A stretch of 64,000 nucleotides of DNA from Dudresnaya verticillata (lineage: Eukaryota): positions 1,116,001 through 1,180,000 of the forward strand of contig OZ374561.1 in assembly GCA_977862235.1 (NCBI GenBank), in the 5' to 3' direction. Both the position numbers and the translations under genes were made by a program. Positions 61,092 to 64,000 of the stretch are shown in pieces (positions within the stretch are counted from its first letter, which is position 1; each line of letters starts with the position of its first letter). Below the pieces are notes generated by a model. That model ran no database searches, was not told the DNA's origin, and saw only the letters and a program-made list of their open reading frames with translations.

Positions 61092-61714
61092 TGTAGTAGA
61101 ATGGCCCTTGGCCAGGTAGTCGGCGATAAAACGGCGCGACAGCTGTCCTGGGGACACACACTCACGGTGGGCGGTAGCTCAAAGGAAAAGGGAAAAAGGG
61201 GGTGGTAGAGACTTGTAGTGGGTGTAATACCCAGAAACAAAGAAAAGGGAAGGCGAACCCTACAGCGTAGAGCAATCGTCGTACACGATAGGGCTTGTAG
61301 ACGCCCAAGGCAAGGGAAACACGGTGGCACCGTAGGAAGACCAGAAATGGGTACAGCCCAAAGTACACACCGCTGCCGGTTTAGTGCGGGGCCCCTGCTA
61401 CTCAGGGGCCCAATAAATACGGCGGGAAGCCGGAAATGCTACCCACTCTAAGTTAGAGTTATAATACTGACAGTTCCCTAATACTGTACACTAAATGGTG
61501 GATTACAATCCAATGATAGGAATGAGTGGTAGTACCACTACGAGGTACAGGCGCGCTGCTGTCTGGCGCGCCATGCCAAAAATATGGGTGACCAGGATTA
61601 ATCAACCAATGATAATCAGCCATCTCAACCATCGTGCCCTCGGGCGCCTCACGCCTTACAGGCGTCGTCTGTACACGTGTGTGCTTACAGCGCTCGGGCG
61701 CTCATTATTCCACA
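61092..61714 (-). repeat. 5' LTR (623 bp)
   Basis: Matches 48409-49030. Confidence 0.96.
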
Positions 61715-61807
61715 TTACCCCCAAGCCTAATTACAGGAACAAAATGTGTTTCCAGTGCGGTCACACTAAATTTGCCAACCAATCCTGGGAAGACCCATAA
61801 CACATCC

Positions 61808-63907
61808 AAAGAACCTGAATGAAAGCCGGGTTCTGCGGAGCAAGCTCCTTAACGTCCGAGCGTCTAGGTCCTCGCCAAGAGGGGCACGATGCACTCCTCG
61901 GTGGGGTACTATCCTTTTCGGAGAACTGCGGCTGACGCCGTTGCGCCGAACGACGCGGTTCATCCCCGTTTCGACGGGATTCAGTCCCTTGGCCCGTACG
62001 GCAGGTTCTGCACCCTGAATGCGCAGCTCGCGGGTTGTCAGCATCCTAATGGTCGTGTACCGATTCCACATCGGAGTCTCGCCTAGGCGAATGCCGTCGC
62101 CTGTTTCGAGTCCCTTTTGGCACCGGACTCCGGCGTCGCTCCACTTCAGGAGATACGTTCTTCGCCAGAAGGCATAACTGTGGTGCAAAACGTCTAAGAC
62201 GATAGACCGCCGAGCAGTTCGGGGCTCGGTGGGTAGCTGCGCCCTTGGCGGTGAGTGGTCCCGCCGTGGGCGACTTGTTGGTAGAGCAAAGGAACACACC
62301 TTGGGCGGACTGTAGACGCCCGAGGCGGAAGGTGTGAAGGAAGGGAAAAGGAAACAGAAAGGGAACACGTCAAGGACGATGGTAGACGTGGAAGCACGGG
62401 AGGTAGACGCTTAGCCGTAGGCAGCGGTAGGGTACGCGCGTGCGGAACGGGGAAGTCTGGACCAAGGCCGGCTTGCCCGGGCGTTTACTGTTACGTCTGG
62501 GACGGCTTACCTAAGTATAGTACGGCGATGCGGCGGCGGCAGTGCGTGTGCGTAGCGCGGGAACTCGGGACGCGTGTCGTCCCGAGGTGCGTCTGACAGA
62601 TCACCCACCGCATGCAGCCGCACGCCTGACAGATTGCTGTACAACCCCCTGTGTGGGTGCTTACACGCACACGTGGACGCGTGTGCCTTACAGCCGTGCG
62701 CGCGCGCATACTGCAGAGCGTGCGCCTTGGATCTAATCTGATACTTGTCCGATCCCATCCGGATCGGTCCAGCAATGCGAATACCCGCAGCCTTACAGGC
62801 GCGTATCTTACAGCTTAGGCGATCCGGATAGCCAATCTGGATACCGGATCCGGATCCCATCTGGATCCGTATTACAGTGCCCCGGGGCGCCACGTCGGCC
62901 CATCACCGTACAGTGCCCGCGTGGCGCGCGGCGTGCAGTGTGCGCGCGCGCCCCAGTGAGCCGTCGATGACCACCGCGTTTTCGCGATACTCCCGCGTGA
63001 TCGCGCAGCTACCCTCCCGAGCCCGAACTCTCGGGGGTGCTCTACAGCCGCGTACTGCCATTTCACCACACCATGAGAGGTCCACTACTCGAGTGAGGGA
63101 CTCAAAATCTCCGTGGATCGTTTCCACCCGCTCCACGAGCGATTCTATCCTCGCATCGAGTGATTCCATTTCATCTGCCACTCTCTGTCCTGTATCGGAG
63201 TGGCGGATGCGGCTGGTCATTTCCTCTTGACACAAGGTCAGTATCCGCTCATCCCGGCGTCCGGCTGACTCATCAATGTAGCGTTTTACACGCGTGAGCG
63301 TTTCATCAGCCAGTGCTGCGGCAAGCGGCCTGATCTGGGTCGCTACAAGGTGACTAACACCATCAGCGACCATTAGGTGGATCTCCGATTCCGTAAAGCA
63401 CCGGACATCCTCCGAATTGGTATTCGTTCGAGTTGGCTGCCCATACCCAGGCGCCGAGTCGACCTCTGTCGGTGTCGCGTAATCGGTCGATCGTCCACTG
63501 GTGAGTCGCCCTGATTCCGGCATCACTTCTGGACCCTGGTCCTCATTCCCGTCCACTTGTGTGGATGGCTGCGGTTCTGACCGGGTCATTTTTCCTTCTA
63601 GCGTGGCCGATTCCCTTCCAGGGTTCGGCATTACACCGGGCGTAGTCCCGAGAACAAGGTCGGGCCTAGAACTTCCAACCAATAGTGGTCATTCGCGGCT
63701 TAACCTCGGTTCGGGACCGTCTTCATCGGGGGCGTCGCCGTCGATATGGCGTCGCCCCAATCGTTCGTCCGAAGGGCTGCGCCTTTGCGCGGCAGTCCCT
63801 GAACGGGTGGTAACGCCCGAAATACGGACGGAGGAAAGACTTCCGGCACGACTGCCACCACGGCCGATAAGGCTCGGCCTGGTTGTATCGCCATTCGATG
63901 TCGGCAT
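61808..63907 (-). pseudogene. gag: Decayed gag 5' region of a third Gypsy element related to 48409-61714; interrupted by a solo LTR and 3'-truncated
   Basis: MPTSNGDTTRP start, VRCFTESEI, VKRYIDES, PEVERRRSPVP and SWRGPRRSDVKELAPQNPAFIQVL all match the Gag of the complete element; in-frame stops at 63689 and 62046. Confidence 0.88.
62179..63070. mobile_element. Solo LTR (892 bp)
   Basis: Termini TGTGGTG...CACCACA form a 7-bp inverted repeat at the points where gag homology breaks; purine tract and TTACAG motifs as in the other LTRs. Confidence 0.7.
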
Positions 63908-64000
63908 CCTTCCGATGGTGTGGGACTAATAACCCGTCCCAAAATAGGTAATAATTCCGGAAGGACCGGTGGGTCGATGGGACTTTTTCCCGATGCGCCA

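Larger units (their letters stand above)
48409..61714 (-). mobile_element. Full-length chromodomain-bearing Ty3/Gypsy LTR retrotransposon (13.3 kb) with antisense extra ORF
   Basis: LTRs 48409-49030 and 61092-61714 (TG...CA, about 3 differences seen); TSD TTACC at 48404-48408 and 61715-61719; PBS 61073-61090; PPT 49031-49043; order gag-PR-RT-RH-IN-chromo. Confidence 0.97.

Overview
Eukaryotic, transposon-rich genomic DNA. The compact, mostly intronless genes, short GT-AG introns with CTRAC branch points and retroelement types suggest a red alga; this is inference only. Mobile content: (i) the 5' half of a Ty3/Gypsy element (1-~3069, minus); (ii) a 3'-truncated Ty1/Copia element (15842-21680); (iii) a full-length 13.3-kb chromodomain-bearing Ty3/Gypsy element (48409-61714) with near-identical LTRs, a TTACC TSD, a tRNA-Tyr-type PBS, a candidate -1 frameshift signal and a large antisense extra ORF; (iv) a related decayed Gypsy gag interrupted by a solo LTR (61808-64000); (v) hAT-like MITEs, a tRNA-derived SINE-like head, Pif1/Helitron helicase fragments and a microsatellite-bearing tandem array. 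A ~5.8-kb block is duplicated (2636-8434 = 21681-27496), with a third partial copy. Host genes: a secreted Cys-rich repeat protein, a knottin-like (C-C-CC-C-C) peptide precursor, a secreted C2-like protein, two tandem paralogous membrane proteins and a BTB/POZ protein. There is also a four-exon gene, only partly visible in the ORF track, encoding a secreted protein with an N-terminal His and LPMO-like (histidine-brace) motifs; this is the strongest novelty candidate.
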